Positions 27,296 to 38,000 of a DNA stretch of 64,000 nt are shown here, piece after piece. The position numbers were made by a program, and so were the translations under genes. The DNA lies in IMG/VR virus record IMGVR_UViG_3300028888_000067, positions 32,001 through 96,000 of that record; one strand, 5' to 3'. How positions within the stretch are numbered: the stretch's first letter is position 1; each line of letters starts with the position of its first letter. This DNA comes from a virus (taxonomy: Duplodnaviria > Caudoviricetes). The notes under the pieces are model-generated. The model had not been told where the DNA came from, ran no database searches, and saw only the letters and a list, made by a program, of their open reading frames with translations.

Positions 27296-28090
27296 TTATA
27301 ATGTGCCTGCAGCTGAATCTTTGAATTTTGGATGTTTGTCTGTATCATATCTCATAGGAGTTCCATGAAAAATGTCAAAAGCAAATTCAACATTTCTGAC
27401 ATCCCAGCCAGACAAATCTTGGCTGAAACATTTTGCGTCTTTGAACATGTTCCGCATATCAATGACGCTTGAAACAGTCCATCTAGATATGTCACAGTTG
27501 AATGATCCAGCACCATCAAACATAGAATTCATGTCAATGACTTTCGAGACGTGCCAATCTGACAAGATTCCTTTGAATGACACTGCTTTGCAGAACATGC
27601 CATGCATGTCTTCTACATTGTCTACCATCCATCCAGAAATGTTTCCATTGAATGATTCTGCATAAGAAAACATCCAACTCATGTCTTTCACATTTGAGAC
27701 ATCCCAATCTATCAAATCGCAGTTGAACACTTTGTTCTTGTAGAACATGCCTTCCATATTGGTCACGTTTGAGACATCCCATTTAGATATGTCGCCACAG
27801 AACTTAGAAAAATCGTCAAAATAGCTGCGGCTAAAACCTTTTTCATTCACATCTGAAAACAAGTAAGACATGTCAGTCATGTTTCCGGTATATATGTCAT
27901 TCAAGTCACATGCATTTCCCTCTTTTTCGATTTTTTTGTGTATTATGTCTCTAAGTTCTTTTTCTGTGTTTGGACTGTAATTGTATATGCAATGCCCGTG
28001 TTTTTTTGCCAGCTTGTCTAGTTCAGTGTTAGTCACTGACTTGACTTTCATCCGTTCAGAAATGAACCGTTCAGAATCCAATATTTTCAT
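27296..28090 (-). CDS. Leader-family protein carrying BspA/DUF285-type ~25-aa repeats
   Basis: MKILDSERFISERMKVKSVTNTEL followed by F..DIS.WDVSNV..M..MF repeats. Confidence 0.88.
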   Translation of the reverse strand: MKILDSERFISERMKVKSVTNTELDKLAKKHGHCIYNYSPNTEKELRDIIHKKIEKEGNACDLNDIYTGNMTDMSYLFSDVNEKGFSRSYFDDFSKFCGDISKWDVSNVTNMEGMFYKNKVFNCDLIDWDVSNVKDMSWMFSYAESFNGNISGWMVDNVEDMHGMFCKAVSFKGILSDWHVSKVIDMNSMFDGAGSFNCDISRWTVSSVIDMRNMFKDAKCFSQDLSGWDVRNVEFAFDIFHGTPMRYDTDKHPKFKDSAAGTL

Positions 28091-28105
28091 TATTTTAGTT
28101 TTTAA

Positions 28106-28141
28106 TATTTATAATTTTTGATGAAATTTTTGTTATATTAA
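28106..28141. promoter_or_regulatory. Divergent late (-) and 14-mer (+) promoters
   Basis: TATTTATA 28106-28113; TTTTGTTATATTAA 28128-28141. Confidence 0.7.
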
Positions 28142-28156
28142 ACAAAGACTGATGTT

Positions 28157-28882
28157 ATGCATATATTAGATGACTATATCGTTTTGAAAAGAGAAAATCT
28201 TGAAACAGTGTCCACAGTCAAAAGCAAGGACTGGCTTTTCAAGAAAAACTTGTTCAGCTTCATCATTGCTGGCTGCATTTTAGTCACTGCAGTGTCTTTA
28301 AGTCTTCTCACTGTGTATGAGATAAAGCATTTTAGACATATACAGTTCCTTGAGAAGATGCATGAGTATGAAGTGAATGTCCATCTGGCAGCAAATGACT
28401 CATTGCAGTCAGAATTAGACGAGACTGTCAGAGCAAACACACTTGCTGACAAATGCTATGAGTCAGTAGTAGAGAAATGCCCGCCAATCACTAATGACCG
28501 TCTGTGGGAGTTCATTTTAGAATGTGATCCCTGGTATCCCGACATCATAATGACACAAGCAGTCCAAGAGAGTGGCTGCGGTAAAAGCGCAGTTGGCAAG
28601 AGATGCTGCAACTTGTTCGGGATGAAGAAGCCGTCTTCTCGTTCTTGGCGTTGCGACTCAAACAGGCACAACAAGAAAGAGCAGTATGCTGAATACGAGA
28701 ACTGGAAGCTGAGCGTCATCGACAGGATACTGTGGGAGAAATGGATGTTCCGCAACCACAAGGGCAAGCCTGAATTAGACAAGTACCTTGAAGCTATCAG
28801 CAAAGTCTACAACACTGAGACCCCGGGATACGCAGAAACGATATACAAGAATGCAAGCAAGTACCGTAAAATGATTGAGTGA
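28157..28882 (+). CDS. Membrane-anchored glucosaminidase (GH73-like, lysozyme fold)
   Basis: N-terminal TM; QAVQESG, NLFGMK, YAEY.NW..SV.D. Confidence 0.75.
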   Translation: MHILDDYIVLKRENLETVSTVKSKDWLFKKNLFSFIIAGCILVTAVSLSLLTVYEIKHFRHIQFLEKMHEYEVNVHLAANDSLQSELDETVRANTLADKCYESVVEKCPPITNDRLWEFILECDPWYPDIIMTQAVQESGCGKSAVGKRCCNLFGMKKPSSRSWRCDSNRHNKKEQYAEYENWKLSVIDRILWEKWMFRNHKGKPELDKYLEAISKVYNTETPGYAETIYKNASKYRKMIE

Positions 28883-29604
28883 TGTTTTCAGACAACCCAA
28901 ATGCAGTAGGGATATACACGGACCGTTTAGACGAAATAAGATCGAGTTACAACGAGTTCATGACAAAGTATCCAGATTTCAGGTTCCACCATGAGACAAT
29001 AGTATACCGTGATTTCTTTGAGTCATTGCCGGAGTATCTGTGTGCAGGGACTATGTACAACATATGCACTCTATACACAAAGATGAACTTCGACTATGTC
29101 AACGGGAAGTACATATACAAGACAAGCGACAGCCTTATGGATCTCATGATGTCATTGATGAAGACAGGCATTCTGTCTGAAACGCAATGGCACACGCTTC
29201 TCAATCAGGTCGAGTGCTTTGACTTCAATGATGAATATGAGATGTACACAGAAAGACTGCTGAAAATACTGAACAGATATTATTATGAAGCACATGTGAA
29301 ACTGTCAGACATAATGTTCTACATAAGAGACGAGTTCACAGAAAATGGCGTGTTTTCAGAAAAGTTTTTATGCTGTGGTGATTTTGATTTCATGTCATTG
29401 TACAGGTGCAGGACTGACACAACCCCAGTGATAGCTTCCTGCTGCAAAGCAGTGTATGACGAGACAAGCAGTCTTGTCTCAAGATGGCCGAAAGCGGCGC
29501 GTACTCTGCATTTCAGGACACCAGGATTCTTGAATGAGTTTGTTTTAGAAAAAGAAGAAGAGCAAAAGAACAAAGAACGGTCAAAACGCAAGAGACATGT
29601 TTAG
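28882..29604 (+). CDS. Hypothetical protein, MFSDN family
   Basis: Starts MFSDN at 28882; weak similarity to the next ORF (..QW..L...V..FD.N). Confidence 0.7.
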   Translation: MFSDNPNAVGIYTDRLDEIRSSYNEFMTKYPDFRFHHETIVYRDFFESLPEYLCAGTMYNICTLYTKMNFDYVNGKYIYKTSDSLMDLMMSLMKTGILSETQWHTLLNQVECFDFNDEYEMYTERLLKILNRYYYEAHVKLSDIMFYIRDEFTENGVFSEKFLCCGDFDFMSLYRCRTDTTPVIASCCKAVYDETSSLVSRWPKAARTLHFRTPGFLNEFVLEKEEEQKNKERSKRKRHV

Positions 29605-30262
29605 CGACAACAAATCACTTATCGGGCACAACTGGCTTTATGACTATCTGTCTGAAAGCATGAAGAATTTCAATGAGTCAGCTTATTACGATAGAGCTCA
29701 CCCATATCTGGATATTCACGAAGTGCGAGGACTTTTGATGAAGAAAGGTTTCGATTCAGAAGAAACGCAGACTGAACTCAAAAGACTTCTCAACTATGAC
29801 CATAGTTCCTATTATATGGAAGATGATGAAGCAGTATTAGTGCATCAGTATCTTATGTCACAGAATGCATTCACAGCAAACCAATGGGACAAACTTTGCC
29901 CGTTTGTGAAAGTGTTTGACTACAATGCTGACTTTAGATCATTGCTGAACTACATTGTAATCAATGCTGAGTCATATATCATCAAATATGCTGATGATGT
30001 GCTGCATGAACTCAATCGTGGCATACTTGCTGTATTGAAAATATCTCGTGATGACTTTGAAGTGATGTTTGAAATGTTTGAAAAAAGTTTCAGCCATAAA
30101 GATGAAACATTTCTCAAATTGATACATTTCCTTGGAGACTGCTTGCTTGACTTTTATGAGAAATGGCCTGATGATTTTGGCACTGCTCAGAAAAGACTTT
30201 CAAAATACATAGCGTCAATAGCGTCAGTAGACAATCCTTATTGGACTATTTTTCCTTATTAG
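29597..30262 (+). CDS. Hypothetical protein, MFSDN family
   Basis: Starts MFSDN. Confidence 0.7.
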   Translation: MFSDNKSLIGHNWLYDYLSESMKNFNESAYYDRAHPYLDIHEVRGLLMKKGFDSEETQTELKRLLNYDHSSYYMEDDEAVLVHQYLMSQNAFTANQWDKLCPFVKVFDYNADFRSLLNYIVINAESYIIKYADDVLHELNRGILAVLKISRDDFEVMFEMFEKSFSHKDETFLKLIHFLGDCLLDFYEKWPDDFGTAQKRLSKYIASIASVDNPYWTIFPY

Positions 30263-30263
30263 A

Positions 30264-33200
30264 CTATTTTTTAGTCACATCGACATGCAGGCCGAACGTG
30301 TATCTCGTGCCGTTCTTTATGTTGAACACGATCTTCTTGTCCAGTTTGTTCACATCAATAGAAGACACTCCCATCACATGTGTCTCTTTAAGGCCGTGCT
30401 GTCTTTTCTCCAAGTCATTCATCGGCAAGCCATCCCATAGGAAATATGGACCAGTCGAAGCAGATTCTTCTTTCACCCACAATGTGATGCTGTCAAACTG
30501 ATAAAGTTTGATGAGGTTCTGCTTTATGTAAGATTCGACATCATCTTCAACAGTTGTCTTGTCTCCATATGAATACTGTTCATCTACATAATGCTGGAAC
30601 ATATCTATCAATGAAGCGCCAATAGTGTCAGTGAGTTTCTTTTCAATGTTGACTTTCATCTCTATATGAGATCCGTTCACACTTACTACTACATCATTGC
30701 CGTCTGTCTCGCCAAAAGTGAATGTTTCGAAACTGAACTTTTCTGGCATGTTCATGCATTTTGAGCCAAAGAATGACTTGTTCTCTTTCATTGACAGTGT
30801 TCCGTGGCAGTCTTCTTCAAGAGTGTTGGCAATCGTGCGAGTGAAATACCAGGGATCCCAAGATGAGTTGAACACTTGTACATCGCGGTGACCGATTGCG
30901 AAACGGTTGCTTACTGGATAAACGGGCTTGTCACCACCAGTCAGTTTGAACACATTGGGGTTGGACTCATTCGTTCTGTGGAAGCACAAGTCTTTTATGA
31001 TTCCAAAATCAGACAAGTCAGAGTCAAAGCAAGTGTTCATATGTCTTGAGTTCTTGAAGAACTTCTCTTTCACTGGATCCACAAGATCCGGATTCGTCGC
31101 GAAGTCTTTTATGAACGGGTCAGTGTAGTAGAGGACATCGTTCCTCAACGGCGTGAATATGCCTGTGTGCCTGTACATTGGCGCAGCATGACTTGGCAGT
31201 ATTCCGTATGTAACCCATTCGCCGTCAAACAAGAGAGACATGTATTCGTATTTCGCGTTTTCAAGTGGATCCACTACTCTTATAGCATACGGGAATTCTG
31301 CGTTTGCAGATTCTGATGAGTGCAGTGTGCCGTCTTCATCAACAAGCTCATATGTCATCCCGTCATGTTGAGTGCTGTTTATCGTGTGCTTCACCGAAGC
31401 GAAGACGCATTTGTTCATGTTGCTTGCTAACTGGCTGTAGTTGCAGTTTAGTATGTAGTAGTCATTCCAGAAAACTGTGCTTGCCGTAGATCCAACGACA
31501 TTTGCCAGACTGATGATCCCGTCCCATCTGTTGAATATGTCGCACACACTGCTGCTGTCTGCGTTGCCTCTTATCTCGCCAATCATCTTGGTGTCTGAAA
31601 CCACCTCAAGTATCCTTAACACAGCATATATTCTGTTTTGCACGTCAAGTGAAACATCATTGACAAGAAGAATCTCTTTGTAATACGGGTTCTGTGGATT
31701 GTTGTAGTAAACATCTTTCGGGTTGTATGTGTCGAAGTCGCTCAAGAATGAAGTCCCGTTTCCAGTTATGGTGTATTTGCCGCCGCCAATAGAAGACACA
31801 TCTGTTATTTTTCCGCCGCCCTTTGTTGACACTGGTTTCGCTACATTGTCGTTCTTTTTAGCAGCATCTCCAGACGGGTTGTACATTGTGTATCTCTCTA
31901 TTTTGTCAAGGACCATCTTGTATGGACTTGGCAGTTCTAAAATAGTCAAGTCAACAGCATCAGTGTATTCTTGTATGATGTAGTTTATCAGTGTGATGGT
32001 CTTGAACTTGTCGTTTCTGATGACTTTCATCTTCAGGTTAGACACGCTTGAGCCATCATTGACGTACAGAGGCACGCATACAGCAGTGAACTTGTAGTCA
32101 TTCAAGTCATAGCCGCGTTTCACTTTTATGACATCAAGGTTGTTGTCGAGTTTTTCTGACCAGTCAGATTTCATCATGAATTCTAGTTTCGCGCCTCTGA
32201 AGAATGTTTCTGCGTTGACGAAATCATTTCCCTTTCTAAGCAAAGAGTACTTGTTCGCATAGTCAGGCGTAGAATAATACTCATTCGGCACACTGTTCTT
32301 TCCAGTCTTCACATGATCTCTTTTGAAGAACACGTCAAACCAGTTCTCATTGACATCTCTCAACTTGTCTTCAAAGTCATCCACGTCTGATATCTTGAAT
32401 CCCGTGTAGCTCCACAGTTTTCTCTGGTCAACCATAGTGGATCCTGACATCACTGGTGGCTCTGCCATTATGTAGAACCATTCTTGGTTGTATGCTTCTG
32501 TGTTTGGCTCGTAGTTGTTCGCACTCGGTGAGAAGCTGTATTGTCCGAACACCGGATTGCTGTTCAGACGATATGGCTTTTCTCTCACGTCTTTCCCGTT
32601 CTTCATCACCCAAGCGCATATCCAGGGTTGAGTCTTCGACAATGTCATGAGACTCGGGTTCATGTTCTCATAGCATCTCATATACTCATTCTTTAGATAT
32701 GTCAGCATCGGCACATTGAGTGTCGTGGACAAAGTGTCGAAAGAGAAATTGTGCGCAATCGAGTCTTCTGTCTGCCCAGCCATTGCGCCATTGACTGCTA
32801 AAAAGTCTATTGATATGACATATTCGTCATTTTCATTCGGACCTGAAAGAACTTGTATAGAATATGTCGCAGTGTCGCTTGAAATGACTATGTCATCTGT
32901 CGTGTTCAAGAAAACATCCAATATGTCTGAAGCATCTACAGTGACAGACATTTCGGTCAGCTGGTTCTGTATCAGTTCTACTATATGTTGTATCAGTTCT
33001 TCAGAAAGCTGTATCTTTTCTGTCTCGTAGTCAAGTTCACTTGTGTCACCATATTTAGTCACATTGTGCCAAGAACTGAACTCGAAGTCTTTCACTGGGA
33101 AGAATGAAAGTCTTCCGTATGATGGCTTGAATGACTCATATATTTTAGTGTGGTTTGTTCTTGAGACAATCACACCATTGCTGTCAAGCAGCACATCACA

Positions 33201-35021
33201 CCACACACCATCGGGAAAAGAAATCTCATCATTTTCTTTTTTCACTGCATTGTCATAGTCAGTGACTACTGCATCGATTCTGCAGAAACCATTGTGCGTC
33301 GTAGATGGCAGGTAGTCTCCTGGCTTGAATGTGCCAGCAAGTTCTTTCTTGCATTTGACATGTTCCCAGTCATTTGAGCCAAACAACATGCCGTCGTTGG
33401 CAAATGTGATGCAGCTCGGAACAGGACAATTGACAAGTCTTATTCCAAACTGGTTGTATGCTGGAGTCGAGTTGAATGAGATGAAATGTATCGTTTCATG
33501 ATCATAGTAAGCGTGTATCCCCACATCTGTAATCTGGTTGAAAGACCCGCATATCGCTTTCGCAATTTCTTCTAAAGACCCGTCACCGCAGAACATGTCC
33601 CAGTCCCAAGTGCCGGGAATGACTATTGCTCCAGATGGGACACTTTTCAGTTCAGCAAGAACAACTTCAGTAGAACCAACAATCTGGAAAAGCTGCATTG
33701 TAGAATACGCAGGAACAGTGTCAGTCAAAGTGCATGTCATTGATGACGGCGTCTTTGTGTTCTCATAGACACAACTGACACTTTCTACTTTCTCGACAAA
33801 GCCCTTGAACACATCTAAATCAATGCTGCTCTCATCTAAACGCAATGCAGAATATCCAGACGACATAGTTGGTATGTCATTCAACTTATTGATAGAGTGC
33901 AAGTCATTGTTTATGTCTTGAATGCAGAACACTGAATTGTTTGCAGACATTATAGACATGTCAGGAAGCAAGTCAGTGTCAGAAACAGAAGAAGTCTTGA
34001 AAGGGACGACAACGCCAAGTTCATTTTCAGCGATGAACGGCTTGTTGTTGTATATGTCAAAAGTGTGGACGCTGTCTGAGTATGTGTTGCCTGTGTTGTA
34101 GAGTCCATGCTTGCTTATTTCAAATTTGCCATCTTCGATGAAGTTGCAGTATAGTCCAAAGTATCTTGTGAACTTGTATTCATCTGCTTCTGGATCATCA
34201 AACAAGAATTCGATGTTGAGAAGGTTTGCGACAATGATGTTGTTGCGTTCAAAACCTTCTGTTATGTATTTGTCAAATTCTAATACAGTGTCATCGTGTT
34301 GCCAGAACCGTTCAGAATAATTTTCTTTCTTTGACGTGAAAGTTCCGGTCTCGTAGTTTATCCCATTGAAAGAAATCCATTCATCAGTCATAGTGAACGG
34401 AGCTTCTGGGAATCCTTTCTGCGAAGCATATCTTCTGATATATGATCCAATTCTTGAATTTTCAGTCAAATCGATCGTCTTCAATATCTTGCATTTCTTG
34501 AGAATGTCTTCTTTGAAGTCAAGTTCTCTCGGGTCTGTTGCATTCATCACGAAATTCCAGTATGACGGGTCATTTATCTTGAATATGACGAACCTTTCGG
34601 GGATGTTCTTGTCAAGCCACAGTGGGGCAAGCATGCCATATTCTTCATTATATTCTAAAGAATCTATATATTCGCAGCCAGCCCAGTAGAAAGTCTCGTA
34701 TTGCTGGCCATAGTCATCTTTCATCGATGTGTTGTCATGTTCTTGCATGACTTTGTAAGCGAATCCCGTTTCGGTGTTTTTCCAGAACTTTGCCACATCG
34801 GCATTGTACGTGCTTGTCGTGTATGTGTTGAAGTTCTTGTATTTTGAGCTGCTTATTTCTCTACAAGCATTGAAACTGTCTAATGAAACAAAGTCATCGC
34901 CCACCATTATCTTCACGTTTGTAGAAAGCTTCGGATTTGTGCGCAGTATCATTTCAGACACATTGTCGCACATGTCTCTATGTTCAGGCACGGGCTTGTT
35001 GTAAAATGAAATGCTTGACAT
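30264..35021 (-). CDS. Very large (1585 aa) late protein, probably structural
   Basis: Long ORF co-oriented with 35030..38824 behind a late promoter; no catalytic motif recognised. Confidence 0.6.
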   Translation of the reverse strand: MSSISFYNKPVPEHRDMCDNVSEMILRTNPKLSTNVKIMVGDDFVSLDSFNACREISSSKYKNFNTYTTSTYNADVAKFWKNTETGFAYKVMQEHDNTSMKDDYGQQYETFYWAGCEYIDSLEYNEEYGMLAPLWLDKNIPERFVIFKINDPSYWNFVMNATDPRELDFKEDILKKCKILKTIDLTENSRIGSYIRRYASQKGFPEAPFTMTDEWISFNGINYETGTFTSKKENYSERFWQHDDTVLEFDKYITEGFERNNIIVANLLNIEFLFDDPEADEYKFTRYFGLYCNFIEDGKFEISKHGLYNTGNTYSDSVHTFDIYNNKPFIAENELGVVVPFKTSSVSDTDLLPDMSIMSANNSVFCIQDINNDLHSINKLNDIPTMSSGYSALRLDESSIDLDVFKGFVEKVESVSCVYENTKTPSSMTCTLTDTVPAYSTMQLFQIVGSTEVVLAELKSVPSGAIVIPGTWDWDMFCGDGSLEEIAKAICGSFNQITDVGIHAYYDHETIHFISFNSTPAYNQFGIRLVNCPVPSCITFANDGMLFGSNDWEHVKCKKELAGTFKPGDYLPSTTHNGFCRIDAVVTDYDNAVKKENDEISFPDGVWCDVLLDSNGVIVSRTNHTKIYESFKPSYGRLSFFPVKDFEFSSWHNVTKYGDTSELDYETEKIQLSEELIQHIVELIQNQLTEMSVTVDASDILDVFLNTTDDIVISSDTATYSIQVLSGPNENDEYVISIDFLAVNGAMAGQTEDSIAHNFSFDTLSTTLNVPMLTYLKNEYMRCYENMNPSLMTLSKTQPWICAWVMKNGKDVREKPYRLNSNPVFGQYSFSPSANNYEPNTEAYNQEWFYIMAEPPVMSGSTMVDQRKLWSYTGFKISDVDDFEDKLRDVNENWFDVFFKRDHVKTGKNSVPNEYYSTPDYANKYSLLRKGNDFVNAETFFRGAKLEFMMKSDWSEKLDNNLDVIKVKRGYDLNDYKFTAVCVPLYVNDGSSVSNLKMKVIRNDKFKTITLINYIIQEYTDAVDLTILELPSPYKMVLDKIERYTMYNPSGDAAKKNDNVAKPVSTKGGGKITDVSSIGGGKYTITGNGTSFLSDFDTYNPKDVYYNNPQNPYYKEILLVNDVSLDVQNRIYAVLRILEVVSDTKMIGEIRGNADSSSVCDIFNRWDGIISLANVVGSTASTVFWNDYYILNCNYSQLASNMNKCVFASVKHTINSTQHDGMTYELVDEDGTLHSSESANAEFPYAIRVVDPLENAKYEYMSLLFDGEWVTYGILPSHAAPMYRHTGIFTPLRNDVLYYTDPFIKDFATNPDLVDPVKEKFFKNSRHMNTCFDSDLSDFGIIKDLCFHRTNESNPNVFKLTGGDKPVYPVSNRFAIGHRDVQVFNSSWDPWYFTRTIANTLEEDCHGTLSMKENKSFFGSKCMNMPEKFSFETFTFGETDGNDVVVSVNGSHIEMKVNIEKKLTDTIGASLIDMFQHYVDEQYSYGDKTTVEDDVESYIKQNLIKLYQFDSITLWVKEESASTGPYFLWDGLPMNDLEKRQHGLKETHVMGVSSIDVNKLDKKIVFNIKNGTRYTFGLHVDVTKK

Positions 35022-35029
35022 TGTCTATA

Positions 35030-38000
35030 TTATTTTCTTTTCTTGTTCTGGCTGACGATGCTAACGTCAACTGGCGTCAGTGATCCCACGACAGACTTGC
35101 TTTGGTTCTTTGACGCGTTGACTGCTGATGACATCGTTGAAGCAGTGTACTGGATTAAAGATTCTGGAGAAATCTTTGATGCAGAGTCTGTGTATGTAGC
35201 ATATATTTCGATGTCAAAAGACGTCGGATTGTCTTTGTTGTTCCATATGTCGATCCCAACTCGGTTAGCTTGGTAAATCGCATTGAGACTTGTCTTGTTT
35301 GCAGTTGAATATTCTGCAGTTCCAAGAACACGTCCAGTTCCGCTTTCGCCTGTTCCCCAATAGTCAGTCATACGGTATTGGAATGTGAGTGGTATGCTTA
35401 TCTGCGCGCCGCCGACAACCACTTTTGAAGAGTTTCTAGAATCGCCATCGACTTGTATGTCATTGTGGCCTTGCGGGTTAAGATACAGATATGATGTGCA
35501 AGTCTTCGGGCCAATCAAGTACTGGTCTTCGGGATTGTACCCTATCTTGTGAGTGAGTCCAACCGTCATTGTCTGCACAGTGCTGTTTCCTGGATTTATG
35601 ATTTTGCTGAATGCAGTGCCGCTGCTCACATCAAGATCTATGCAGCAGTACTCATACGGAGTCTGCAAGTTTATGATGTTCTTCGCTGTGGCAGATGTAG
35701 TCTTTCTCATCGTTGTCGCGTTCTTCTTGTTGTTGGTTATCGTGTATGGCGTGTTAAGCGGCAGTCTGAACAGGTATTTGTTTGCTTCCTGAATGTAGTT
35801 TGTAGCAGAAGATATAGACGATGACGGGTATGGAGCATAGTCAGTGCCGGGCACGAGATTGAACACTTCAGATATCTTGCTGTACCATTCTTGGAAATTC
35901 GTTATGTATGGATGATCTATATGGATGAACATGTCTGCTGTGCTTGTCGTTTGAGTGCTTGTTGAGCATGGCACGGGCTTTCCCGTTGTCTGGTCAAACT
36001 GGCCGCTCCACACGAATGATTCAGAGACGCCACCATTTCCCTGTGCGTTCGCCGGCAATGTGATTTCATTATTATAGAAACTGTTTTCATCAATAGTCGT
36101 CGCATCACCTGTATAGTCATTAGATGATGAGTTCCTTTGGTACAACATTATGTCTCCACTCACGTCATAGAACCGCATGTTGATGAACTGGTTCTTGCAT
36201 TGAGCTGACTGGTAGCCATTCGGGCAAGAGACGACACCATCAGTCTCATCAGGGTCGGCAGCATACAAATTGACGGGCACTAAATCATATCTCATCAATG
36301 TGTTGTATGTGTTGTCTTGTATGTCAAAACTGTTGAGGTTTGGATAGTTCGGATGCAGTGTGGCGTTGTTCAGCGAGTAACGGTTGCTTTCTTTCACCAT
36401 CACGCTTCTGCTTCCGGCAATCCGTGACAGAAGTCTCAAACCAGTCTGAGCACTGTTCGCAATGTTCAGACTGAAGTTCTTCGTTATGATCGCGCCTTTC
36501 TTCACTGTCAGTTTTCCAGCTTCTGTCATGTATGATCCAGCATAAATCTTGTTCACCGTGTCTTCTTTCAGTTCGTACACGTTTCCATTTTCGTCTGACA
36601 ATGTGACTGTCATGACACCAGTAGAGTTGCCGATTATGTCTAACAACTGGTTGATTGTTGTCTGCATTTCAGCAAGTTTCTGGTAAAGACTTATGGGTGC
36701 TTGCTCGTCAGTGACAAATCCTGAAGCGATGCTGTTTGCCGTATGCAAGAATGTAGCTCCGTTTGTTGTGAATGAGTCAGAAACATGATTTGTGATTCCC
36801 TTTGATGATAGAGTCTGGTCAACCACAAGCTGGCTTTCATCACTTGAGTTCTTTTTCAGTATATTGTCAACAGGACTGTCAGCAGTGAACTCTTCTGGAA
36901 ATTCGATTATGACTGGCTCGCTCCATTCACTTTCAAGAGGATTGCCAGGGAATCCTGCTTCTGATATAGATTTCACTTGGATTTCAACTTTCTCTCCCTT
37001 TGTGATAGGTATATCCAACTGGTTTATGTTGACCTCATCTGAGTCATTTATGTCAATTGGCTTCCAGTAGAAAACACCATTTGAGTCTTTTAGTCTCTCA
37101 CGGAGAACACTTTCGACGATTGCATAATTAGAAAAACTGCCAGTGACACTGCTGCCAATCTGCTCCACATTGTTTGCTGCGCCATCTGGAGAAAGATATC
37201 TGTATCTTATCTTGAACTTGATGATTGCTTGGTTTCCAGTAGCAGGCGTCGACTTTTCAGCAGGCATCTCCCAGAACCCGCGCACTCTGAACTTTGGACT
37301 CACACTTGCGATGCTGCTTGACTGAGACAATGCAGCAATCGTGTTCACTTTTGACGAGTAAGCATTCACTGTCGACTCTTGCTCTTTTATCTTTGTGTCA
37401 AGTGTCGCGACATCAGCGCTTCTCATTGCTGATGAAACATAGTTGGTGGTGTTTATTTTTGTCCGCAAGTCATTTATCGCTTTTGTCTGTGCTGTTATCT
37501 GGTCAGCAAGACTCACTTTCTCAGAATTGAGCTGCTGTATCTTGCTCATGCTTTCAGACTCAGTCACTTGCTTGTTGATCTGGACTACTTTGAAGTTTGT
37601 GCTTTCGAGCACAGGAGCATTCGGAATGACGCCCTCGCTTGATGACGGGTACCAGTCATTAGCATAGCTAAGAAGAAACGCGCCAAAGTCGATGACGCTT
37701 CTCTGGTAATACTGCTGCAGTGTGGTGACAGTGCCGTTTGCGTCAGTGAAAGTCAAGTCATTGGTGAAGAATCCGGTTCCGGGACTCCATTCAGAAGCAA
37801 GTATGTTAGAGTCTTCATCAATTGGCTTGATGAACACTACACAGTGCTCATTGAAGCCAACCGTCACGTCAATAGAGACATCTTTTGACTTTTCAGACGA
37901 GACTCTCAAGATGTCAGCTCCGATTGTGATTGCGCGGTATCCTTCAGCCAAATCAAGTATGACAGTGTTTGTGCTCGTGTCAATGTATTTTATCACATAT

